A stretch of DNA of 61,314 nucleotides, filler included, from Hausera hauseri (taxonomy: Eukaryota), in assembly GCA_046269625.1 (NCBI GenBank). It is 9 parts of 9 records of this genome, joined end to end, with 100 filler letters (N's around TTAATTAATTAA, not from the genome) between each part and the next. Parts side by side here need not be neighbours in the genome. Positions count along the whole stretch, not along the records: positions 25,563 to 34,550 come from JBJURY010488798.1; positions 34,651 to 41,103 come from JBJURY010099764.1; 7 more parts are not named here. The stretch is one strand, 5' to 3'. Positions 27,651 to 38,556 of the stretch are shown here, piece by piece (positions within the stretch are counted from its first letter, which is position 1; the number at the start of each line of letters is the position of its first letter). The position numbers were made by a program, and so were the translations under genes. The notes below the pieces were generated by a model. That model made no database searches. It saw only the letters and a list, made by a program, of their open reading frames with translations, and was not told the DNA's origin.

Positions 27651-27771
27651 TGTGTTGCCCGCGCCGATCGTTTGCCCTCCTGACCATTCGGTTGGGCACG
27701 GCCGGGCTTTCCGCTGCAGGCGCGCCGAGCGCATAGACAGGCCCCGATTTTCTGCCTTGGGGCTGAGGTAA
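27651..27771 (+). repeat. GC-rich LTR 5' head
   Basis: Starts TGTG directly after the PPT and is clearly homologous to 33423-33536. Homology ends at AGGTAA. Confidence 0.75.
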
Positions 27772-27952
27772 ATCAATAGAAAAGAAACGACAGAGGAAAC
27801 GGTTTTTGATATACAGCGCAAAGATAAAACAACGAAAATGTTGGATAACGCATTTAGGGAACATATAAAGAAAATGAAAACTATTAAAAAACTCAAGTAT
27901 ATCAACCGCAATGAAGTAAATCAGTATGCCGAGGACGTTCAAGGTTTTTTTA

Positions 27953-27972
27953 GAATCCCACTTCTGACACCA
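27953..27972 (-). promoter_or_regulatory. tRNA-Leu primer-binding site in antisense orientation
   Basis: The minus strand reads ...CATTACA-AAT-TGGTGTCAGAAGTGGGATTC, complementary to the 3' end (including CCA) of eukaryotic tRNA-Leu and preceded by an LTR-like CA end. Confidence 0.75.
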
Positions 27973-28253
27973 ATTTGTAATGGACATAACAGAAATCAGT
28001 GATGCAGCAGAACACATTGCTATTCTACCGGCAACTTTAGAGAAAGAACGTGTTATGGAATTTATAATTTATTCTTGGTTCGTTTTTCTTTGTAATTTGT
28101 TCTTGTTGAATGTCATATCGACAGTCAACGCTAATTTGCTGAGGGGAAATTCGGATATCCCGCATTTTGCTGCCCGCCCCGCTGAGGCGGAAATCCCGAC
28201 CGCCAACTTTGCGCTGGTCGGTCGGGTGGCACCTTCGACGTCGGTCCCACATC

Positions 28254-29572
28254 ATGCCCTCAAGCGCACTCCTGCCCCCATTTCCGTTTTCTTTTTTTAT
28301 AACAGACACACCCTCCACACAACACACCCACATATTCCCACGCTTCAGACCCGCATTTCTTCTTTCCTTGGTTCCTCAGATTTCTATCTCACTCTAAACG
28401 GCGCTATTATACACATTAATGAAACTTTACCTTCCTTTTCCAATCACGCTTCCTTCAACGTATATCTCCGTATCCGTGGTGGAATGAATTATCCACCAAT
28501 CACTGACAACACGGATACAACCACCACAAAAAAGCCAATACCCATTCTCTACCACACCAGACCAAATCACCCACCTATTTTAACCGACGCAAACTCTTCC
28601 AACAAAAACCCAGTTCATACTTCTACTCATTGCACCGACTACTTCATACATAATGAAAAGTCCAGTAAAACGTGGCTTCACTTCCACCAACTCTGGCTAC
28701 AGTCTAATGGTATCACAGACTCCTTATCTAAAGCCCATAGCTTACTCTAGCTTCTCCCAAATTCGACAAAAGCCTCAATCCATAACTTACTTGACATCTT
28801 CCAACACCCTGACTCTTATATCCAATTATTTGACGCTGTATTAAAACAGACCGAACCTTTCATTGACTCCATAATGCAACGTTTCTTTAACGAAAATGCA
28901 CTGGGCACACAAAAACACTTACGAACCTTATTAGCACACTTGCGTACTCTTGGAGTAACTAGGGAGCACAACCCAGATCTTCTACGCCATTATTTTATGA
29001 ATGCCCTACCTATCCAAATACGGGCCTTTTTTATCGTGGTGGAAGACTCCACGCCGCTTGAAAAATTGGCCGAATTGACCGATAGGACATACGATGTCCT
29101 TCACATAAATACGCAACCAGTAGTTTTGGCAGCAGTTGCCGCTAACGACATTCAAACAACTAACACGTCCATAGAACAACAGCTTAACCAGTTACGGGCT
29201 GAAAATATTGCATTGCAGGCAACTATCAACAACATAAATAATAAATTAAATGAATTGTCTTTGGCCCGACGAGGGGTTTTTGCCGCCGACCATACTCGTT
29301 CCACGTCACGAAACCGCTCACCATCGCCTGCGCGTTCGTTGATCTGCTATTACCACAGCAGATTTAACACTAATGCTCAGAAATGCTGCCTGGGTTGCCA
29401 ATATTATAGCCAGAAAATTTTCTCGAGTGCCGTTGTTTGCATTCATCACGCGAAATTCAAAAATCAAGCACGTAAATGTATTCCTGGCTGTACCTTCAAA
29501 TCCAATACGAACGACGGACGTACTGCCTTCACTTCTCACAGTTGTCCCAGTTCATCTTTCCAAAAAAACTAA
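28254..29572 (+). pseudogene. gag with N-terminal ubiquitin-like domain and two CHCC zinc knuckles (copy B)
   Basis: The Ubl ends VYLRIRGG|M (28460-28486). The capsid region contains LEKLAELTDR, followed by RSTSRNRSPS, CYYHSRF..NAQKC..C and CIHHAKF..QARKCIPGC. There is a probable frameshift at the T7 run 28292-28298 and a stop at 28748-28750. Confidence 0.85.
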
Positions 29573-32500
29573 GTTAGCCACCAGAGGTCACGGCAAACTC
29601 TGGCAAAAACACTCACATTCTGACCGCCGACACATCTCTTTCGCAGTCCTCACGCTAAAGGCTGCAATCACTGACCCTACAACACAATTTCTTGACTTCC
29701 TTATTGATACAGGGGCAGCAGTTTCTCTATTACAGCAAATCTTTCCTACACAAAATTCTCCATTCAAACTTAAGCCTTTATATACTGCTTCAGGCCAGCC
29801 GCTGCACATCTCGGGCACAGCTACATTATCTTTCACTTTGCCTGCTTTCTCTGCGCCTTTCCACTGGACGTTCACAGTCGCTAACGTCTAGTCGGCAATT
29901 TTTGGATCTGACTTTCTCTCACATTACAATCTACTGGTCGACTGCAGCCAGCGATGTTTGAGGAATGGTACCACTGGCGACATTTCTGGACATGTAAATA
30001 GCATCTTGATTAGCGCACAGTCGACCGGGATGCGGAAGTCAATCTTAAAAAAGTCTTCCAATAATTGGATTTTTTATAACAATAATTCGAATTTTCATAA
30101 TAATAATTCAAATCGGAAATTTTTAAAGCATAACAATGATATACGATCGAGATTTGATGTCGATAAGTGTAGTACGGCCACCAACGCTAACTCATTCGAC
30201 GAAAATACCTCAGCCAACACTATTTTTAATTCAACCATTTTACACCAAATACCACTTGACTGCACATCACCTAACAACTCACAAATCGCATCCGCTACCA
30301 CTCAAATCGTTCCACCACTATCACCGAATCTCTTACAGCTACCTACAACGTTGCAGCACTTCATCAACAAATCATGTTCACGCGTACTTAAAAAGATCGT
30401 ACTTTTACTCTCGCCAACAACACTTTACACCGTATAGTCACGCAGCATCAACGTCAAATACGCCAAAAAATACGGCCTCTGTCACCTCGCCGTAGACAGG
30501 CCATAAAAGACGAATTTCTCGAGCTAGAACGCTCCGGCATAGTACGCCGTTCCAAATCTCCTTGGTCGTCACCTTTACACGTGGTACAAAAAGGGATGGA
30601 ACTTTTCGACCATGCGGTGACTACCGACAGCTAAACAACTTGACAATCATGGACGCGTATCCTTTACCACTCATCAAGGATATTTTGCATCGCCTTAACT
30701 CCACTACCACCTATTCAACCATTGATTTAGTTAAAGCCTACCATCAAATACCGGTAGCACATGAAAACATTGAAAAAACCTCAGTAACTACTCCGTTTGG
30801 CCTCTATGAATATTTATTTATGCAATTCGGTTTACGAAATGCCGCACAAACCTTTCAGCGACACATCGTTTCCATTCTTTCCGATTTCTCGTTTGCACAC
30901 CCTTATATTGACGATATTCTAGTCGTTTCATCTTCCGCAAAACAGCATGAAGAACATCTTTGCTCAATATTCCAACGTCTTCACTACTATAATCTCCAGA
31001 TTAACTTCGACAAATGCCACTTTTTCAAAAAGCGCATTAACTTTTTAGGACACGTTATCACATCAAACGATCATTCTCCCCAATCAGATCGGGTCTAAGC
31101 CCTTAAAACATCCAAATGCTACGTACGACCACCGAAATGCGTAGCTTCTTTGTCACACTACAACATTCGCACATCTAAGTGGCAGCAAAAAACATCAGCC
31201 AATCCAGTGGACACCTGAATTGGTTGACAAATTTGACAAGCTACGCAAAGTCATCAAAACTGTAAATATTCTTGTTTTTCCAAAGCCTAGTGCAGAGCTT
31301 ATCCTCACCACTGACGCGTCAACCACTGTTGTAGGCGCTGTACTCCACCAGATCTAAAAGGGAGAAAATCAACCATTGGAATTTTTCTCTCGCAAACTAA
31401 CCGCACCAGAAACTCAATATTCCACGTTTGACCGAGAATTATTGGCAATCGTTCTCGCTGTCAAACATTTTTCACACTTACTCGTCGCTCGTCATTTTAC
31501 TCTACAAACTGACCACAAGCCTTTACTCAATAGCATGGCCATGAAACACTCCTCCACACGCCAAGAACGACAAATATCATACTTGTCGACCTTTAATTTT
31601 GATATTAAACATATTAACGGAGTTAACAATTTAGTTACTGATTTTTTATCGAGGCCGGTTAGTTTGATTAATTTTTCGCCGATGTTTACGCAAGAACAAC
31701 TTCAGCAAAACCAGCCACCTTAAGACATGCTTATGTCTTTTAAATCTTGCACAGTCGTTGACGGCGTGGCTTTGGACACCTCCAAACTAGGCCATTCAGT
31801 AATAATTCTAACACCTTCATTGCAAAGGCAAGCATTTCGCAGCGTACATTCTTTACACCATCGTGGTGCTAAAGCCACTTTTCACCTACTTCATCGACAA
31901 GTAATATGGACATCAATGCGTTCTTATGTGCAGGCATGGGTTATAGAGTGTGTGGCTTGCCAAAAATACAAAACAGCTAAGCATTTAACGCCACCACTAT
32001 TCCACTTTTCCTGCACATCGCGTTTCAAGTCCGTGCATATTGACATCGTTGGCCATCTTCCTCCAGACGACGGTCATCAATTCATCCTAACCATGATGGA
32101 CCGTTCCTCGCAATGGCCATAAGCCATCCCTCTGAGGAGCACTAACACCGACACCATAACTGACGTTTTCATTCGCAAATGGATTTACAGGTTTGGATCA
32201 CCTCGTTTTATCGTTACGGACCATGGTCCACAGTTTGAGTCCAACCTGTTCAAATCCCTCGTTGACCGATTGAGGATCCATCACAAACATACTACGCCTT
32301 ATCAACCCCAATCGAATGGCCTTCTAGAACGTTTCCACCAAACATTGAAAACGTCACTACGTATTCTTGCAGAGTCCAACAGTAGTTGGACTAATTTTCT
32401 TCCGTTCGTTCTGCTCGGCTGGCGGAACACTCTGTCCACTTCTACAGGATGCGCACCTACTGAAGCCTTATTCGGAGCTCCTGTTCGCTCATTATTCGAA

Positions 32501-33342
32501 CTAATCGCCCTAGACGACACTCCCACAGATGAGACGATGCGGGCGGCGCAAAATCACTTCGTCGAGGTCAGCAGGGATTCGTTTTGCAGGATACTTCACA
32601 AAAATAAAACATACATACCTGAAGATTTGTACACGGCTAAATTCGTGTGGATAAAAAATCAAGCTCCTTGCGGTTTCCAGCCACGGTACCTGGGGCCCTA
32701 TAAACTGTTACAGCTACACTCGCATAACGCCATTATTTTCAAAGACGGCAAAGACTTCACAGTACACATCATCAACCTAAAGCCAGCTTTCTTTATCGAT
32801 GACACATTATTACCTGACACCCCAGCTTCTTTTCTTACTCCTCCACTCCCTGATATCCCTACATCTATTACTATGCCACTTCCACTTTCCTCTTCCGCGC
32901 CTAGTCTTGCTTCATCATCTTCTACACTTTCAACTTCTATTCCTACCACTCTTCCTATCTCTACCACTACCTCTGTATCATCTTTTCCACTCTTTCACTT
33001 AACAAAATTCCAATATCTACTCCAACCTTTTCTTCTCTTCCTTTATCCGCCACTACCCTTCCATCACTCCTTCGTTTTCTAACACTCTTCTCAATATCTT
33101 TAACCCTCCGTCTTCAACAATCACTCTTCCTTCTTCACTTTTTTTTCCTCTTCTTCTTCACCTTCTTAACCTTCGCACGACACAACACCTACACCAAAAT
33201 CTACCAATTTTTTCCCCAACCTCAATCTCTGCAAACAAACACACTGCACAAACACACAACACACAGAGTCACATTTAGTCAATATAGTAGGGAAAAATCA
33301 GACGAAGGTATTCAACGCCTTGTACACACTAAGCTCAACTAA
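29568..33342 (+). pseudogene. pol (protease, RT, RNase H, integrase) of CsRn1-like Gypsy copy B
   Basis: Motifs FLIDTGAAVS (protease), RPCGDYRQLN, IDLVKAYHQIP, YIDDILV, FDRELLA, HIDIVG, QSNGLLERFH and GPY, with multiple stops and deletions. Confidence 0.95.
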
Positions 33343-33422
33343 CACAAACACTTTTCGTTTTGTTTTTTCTGTCTACCTTTTATCCTTTATAGCTTCAACT
33401 TTGCCACAGATGGGGGGGGTGA

Positions 33423-33536
33423 TGTGGTGTCCGCGCTAATCGTTTGCCCTTCGGCCCATTCAATTAGGCACGGTCGGGTTTTCCGCTGCCGGCGCGTCGG
33501 GCGCGGGGGCAGCCCCGGTTTCCCGCCTCAAGGTAA
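33423..33536 (+). repeat. GC-rich LTR head after the PPT (copy B 3' end)
   Basis: GGGGGGGGTGA is followed by TGTGGTGTCCGCG..., homologous to 27651-27771. Confidence 0.75.
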
Positions 33537-33960
33537 CGTCATCAACAAGATCCTCAAAATTTTAATCAAAAGAAAATGTTCATGCCGGCCGACGTGGTCG
33601 ATTTCGAGTAACTCATTGGTCGTCTTTGATATTAGTTCAAATCCTCCTTCAACAATAACAGATAAGAATAAAAACCCTCAAAAGCAAGGATGTAAAGCAA
33701 AGAAAGCAGATCAAATTCAACTGTTGAATTTTATTTACAAAAATACGGCATCGTTTCATGAAAATTCTTTGGAACCATCCGCAGCACAGCCCCAACAGCT
33801 CCCAATTCGAAGCACATCTCGTTAATTAATGCACACATGGTTATATACTTTATCATTACACTGGATAGACCCCTAACTGTAATTTGAGACAAATAATTTT
33901 TACCTTATTAGATCCAATACATAAATACTTATATTTTTCTAGGTAAAGTTTTTATTAACA

Positions 33961-34550
33961 ATGGAAGATGAGGATACCGTATTAAAAAATTCTCAGTTGG
34001 ATCAGTATCTGGAAAGTGTTCAAGATTTTGGAATTGAAAAAGATGATATTAATGTTCAAAATAACGAGGAGCACTATAATATTGAACGAAAACGAAATTG
34101 GAAATGTTTATTCGCATACGATATTACGCAGTTGTTGAAAGAAAATTGTTGTCACATTTTTCTTGGGACGAAGGGAAAACTTTTGCCGAAAACAATTATT
34201 AAGTCATTGGAGCATGGTCGAACTATAAATATTCTTGACGGGGAGGATGATTTCCAGTTACAGTACTTAATTGAAACATACTCCGCTACCAATGATGTTC
34301 GTCGCTATCAACAGTGCCGACTATCAAAAAATTCAGTTGTGTTCTTTGCATTAACTTTCGTGACATATCTTCTTTTCAATTTGACTTTAATCTCATTTGC
34401 TGTTCTAGTCGTCTCATTATGGCTAATGTCTCTCGTACTATATCGTTACAGTTTAGAACTTATAGTAATACTTTTCTTCCATAAAATTCACATATCGTCC
34501 AGTAACAGTAGACGGATTATATTGACACTACAGGAATGCTCTTTCTCAAG
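33961..34550 (+). CDS. Vezatin-like membrane protein, N-terminal part, truncated by the contig end
   Basis: The N-terminus MEDEDTVLKNSQLDQYL resembles the conserved vezatin start (EEVVFENSPLYQYL) and is followed by a long hydrophobic transmembrane region. Recognised by eye only. Confidence 0.5.
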
Positions 34551-34650
34551 NNNNNNNNNNNNNNNNNNNNNNNNNNNNNNNNNNNNNNNNNNNNTTAATT
34601 AATTAANNNNNNNNNNNNNNNNNNNNNNNNNNNNNNNNNNNNNNNNNNNN
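34551..34650. other. Artificial contig linker
   Basis: N44-TTAATTAATTAA-N44. Confidence 0.99.
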
Positions 34651-35481
34651 AAGCATAATAAACTGGATTAATAAACAAATCTTCAAAGTGCGTGGGAAAT
34701 ATTGAATCCTTCCATAAAACGTCCAAATATACGAGAAGATAAAAACAGAATTATTCTATCTCTACCATATTCGGATTCAACAAATGAACTAGAGCAAAAT
34801 TTCCATAATTTATATATTTATAATTTTATACTAGTTTAATCCTCAAGAAAAGTCAGACTTTTTCAAAAAAATCAAAAACCCAAACTATTATACTGTTGTC
34901 TCTCTCGACAATTCAAAGGTCAAAGTTTTTACCAATAACCCCATTTAGTTATTTTTCTTGATGAAATATAATAATTATAAATCCTCAAATTGGACGAAGT
35001 TTTATTTAGCCCTAGTGCAGCTACTGTTGCCAGTATCTCTGCCCTCAGCTTATAATTTTATTTGTTCCAAATCCGGCAACGTAATATACGTAACTTCGGT
35101 TTATATATATATAAATAACAATCTAAAATACACTGCACCGATAAACCTTAAAATCCAGAACAATAAAGAACCTCGTAATATTTTACAAAACGACAACTTA
35201 CGAATAATAAATTACGTCACATTAACCCAAACAAACAATAATAATAATACCTCGTCACAATGGCACATGAAATCAAAAAAACAAAATTCAATTGTGTCTA
35301 TGCAAAATTTCGTTTATCTATATATACCCATTTTGTGGAAAACAAATGTCATGAGACTTAGAAAATCGAGCAGATAACAAATTAAAATATCAGGTAACAA
35401 AAAATATCAGGTGATATCATTTTCAATTTTCATCGTCAACAAAATTGTTTGACCGAGTTTCTAACATACGCCGGGACGAAG

Positions 35482-37037
35482 TTAACGGCTCACCACTGGC
35501 GGAGAATTACAATACAATGGATCATCTAAATCCACGAAGGTAGAGGATGACAAAGGAAGGCTAGAAACTGGTTCTTTGTCCAAGCAAAAATGATGCCAAT
35601 GACATTGCGGAATACTGACAGACGGGGTCTTCGCTGGTAGCCATAATTTGTCAAGTTTGTCAGTCTTGCGGAGATGTTGAAAATTATTGAAGACATCCTG
35701 GGCCATATTGGCGGCCGAGAGGGTACCAGCGGGTCGAAGTTTGTTGATACGGCAGACGTCAGGGTAGGTAATCCAACAAAATGAACCATGTTGTAGTTCA
35801 ATAACACCCAGAATATGTTCCATTGGAATAGAAAATACATAAATAACTTAACGTTGAATGAAACCAATACCTTGCCATAAGTAGCCCGTAAAATATGACG
35901 ATAGACTATTTCAAAGTCAGGCGCTGTGTCAAGATCGCTAAGTAAGATTCCATGACGGTGAGATTCACAATTCGTAATTCGGACAAGTGGATTGACAAGG
36001 GTATCATAACGGAGAAGTGGGAGATCATGAACAAGTTCGTATAATGTGACTGCGATACAGACAGATACAGATCCAGACAATGCAATGGAATAACCAATAA
36101 ATAAAAAATCCTCGTCGACTGGGTGTCGTGAAACGCGCATGTAAGAACGGTCAAAATATTCGGAAGAAGGTATGGGTAAAAAGTCAAAATTGGGCAAGCT
36201 TCGTTTTCCATCGAGATGTGATTCCCAATAGTCGAGCCACGGTCGTCTGTCGTTATACTCCATTTCGATATAAATGGTAGTTGGAACGGACGTAATAAGG
36301 ATTTGGGGGTTGTGATCAATCCAAATTGAAAACATCACCAAAAGCGTTTTGTGCTGGGGGATTTCAATACTATACTCTACATGGGTTATTCCATTCAAAT
36401 AGAATACTAATGAAACGTCGGCAACTTATAACATAAATGTGCTGGGGTATTCAGGAAAGTTCGATTTTTTACTCAACGTTGCAATAAAATTCCGTAAGGT
36501 GAGACGTGTCATTTGATTAAAACGGTGAATTAGAATTAGACGGTTTTGAATACTATTACCCTTGTACTTGTTAGGAATCGAATAAATTGAATCATAGAAG
36601 ATAGATGAATGTGATCGTACTTCAGCAGAAATAGATTTATACACTGAGCGAGACCGTTCAATTTCACGAATTATGTCAGATGCTATCTTAGTATTTCGAT
36701 TGAAAATGTATATTGAAGACCGACTAGCTAATTGGGAACTTTGGATAGAACAGTCAATTAAACGGATTCCAAAGTTAGAAGTGGTGGCCTCAGCGAATGT
36801 CTCATAGGACGAAGGATAAAACTGGGATTTAGTCAGTTCGAAGTCTTGACGGCATCGATCATTAGAAGAGAATGCAAAAACTGACTGAGCTGTATTTGAT
36901 GTACTTGGATATATTTCTAAAGGAAGGTGAGAAACAAAAAAACACGCCACAGCAATGTGCCTAGCTGCCGCAGCTATAAAAAGAATTGGAAAGTATGCCA
37001 CAGCAATATGCCTAGCTGCCGCAGCTGGCTGTCGTTG
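35482..37037 (-). pseudogene. Unknown accessory ORF region at the 3' end of the Gypsy element
   Basis: ORFs 36426-37001 and 35526-36398 share one frame and are separated only by TAA 36426-36428. The same frame continues from the TM-tail ORF across TGA 37038-37040. A further shift into 35482-35823 is possible. Confidence 0.55.
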
Positions 37038-38556
37038 TCATAAAATAGTTTCATATGTAAGGGGATTTTTAGCATGATTTCGACAATCACGTGAATATAA
37101 AACATTATTAATTACATCGTAATCAGTCGAGTTGTCATACAGATTAGGAGAATCCATTTTCAGAAGTAGTGATCTACATTTACGATAGAAAAGAACAAGT
37201 ACAAACATCAAAATCCCCATAAAAACACTAGGTCCAATAATTAAGCAAAACAGAAAAGGCCAGTTAGTTTGAATAGATGTAATCAACGAAGTTGAAAAAA
37301 GTAAGGGAGTGCTAGTATAATATAATTTTTTTTTGAAGGAGTATCGGAACATTAAGTAACTTAGGATTGGTTTTTGTCCGTGAGGTAGCTAAGTGAATTA
37401 TATGATCCCATTGTCGATTCAATGTTGTCGAATAGATAGTGCAGATTACTTGTCCCGCATAAGGGCGTGGACAAACCTGTGTTCCAAAAATAGTATATAA
37501 AATGCACAAAGGTAATGAATTATGGATACATTTTAAAATATGCGGCCAAGTAGTATTTGTAGAAAAAGTAATATGTGCAGATAGAATGGTAATCTGAACT
37601 TCATTCCAGGGGTCCATAGGTATTGCTGTAGATGTAGTAGAACTATATCGTAATGTATGAGGAATTGTCACACTTGTTGATTGTGGCAAAGGTGAACTAG
37701 TATTCTCGAGGCGTGATATGAATAATGTAACATTTAATAATGGAAAATTGTTAAAACCGGGAATACTGAATATAAGATGGATAAAATTATGAACCTTCAA
37801 GGATATATTCCTCTGACTCATTAGGGGACGAGTATGTATATACATCATACCGTTTTCCATAGATCGAAGTAGTTGCACTTTTTCATCAAGGCCAAGAATT
37901 TTTATGGCTTTATGGCATGGGCCGATTTGAATAAAACAAACTGAATTTTTGGTAGTGATAGACACCCAGGGGATTAAATATGTTTCTTTTAATTTATCAC
38001 TTTGAGTTGTAGATATCAGTTCCCAAAGATAAGGTCTTCGGAGATTCAGACTTTCTGGTGGAGACATTAGCCACGTAAATTTTAAATACTGACTCGTTGT
38101 ATTAAGACGGAACGATATTTGTAGCCAGTTTGACGTATTATAAGGTAGAAACAAATATTGTCCATTAGTGGCATTACTTTGTGATTCACCAGCTATGTTT
38201 GTTGTAATTGCATAATTTTTGGCTATTGGTACGACCATTATTCTAAGTTGATTATTTATCTCTTGCCAATAAATGAAATAAGGAATTCTAGAGCTGTCCT
38301 GGAACATTGGAACTTCAAATATTTCTGAATCAAAAGTTTTAATTTGTGTTCCATTAGCCCATTCTTCAATTGTTTGTTGTAGTGGATGCAGGAATGAAAG
38401 TCGATATGCACACTGCCCATAGGGTAGTTCAATTTTACACACTGAAAATATACCTCCAAAAGGATCTTTTACTGAAAACAGCCGTATTACAATTAAATTT
38501 TTAGCGTGGGACACAAATGTATAGAATCGTACATCTTTATTTTGTTTACTCCAACC
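37038..38556 (-). CDS. env-like type I membrane glycoprotein in frame with pol (one TAG, one homopolymer frameshift)
   Basis: A signal-like segment ends pol. The ectodomain has eight N-X-S/T sequons and a Ser/Thr-rich stretch. After a shift at the A9 run (37326-37334) come a TM helix WPFLFCLIIGPSVFMGILMFVLVLFY, basic RKCR, and a tail with YDVI and YETI. Confidence 0.65.

Noticed and set aside
27980-28253. N-terminal part of the 256-aa ORF as a real membrane-protein extension of Gag
   Set aside because: Comparison with the 45715 copy suggests the true start is about 28254. The upstream open frame crosses mosaic LTR-derived sequence.
35400-35470. 3' LTR start (TGTTAG at 35466, minus) of the env-bearing element
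   Set aside because: There is no clear polypurine tract and no second LTR in the contig to confirm it.
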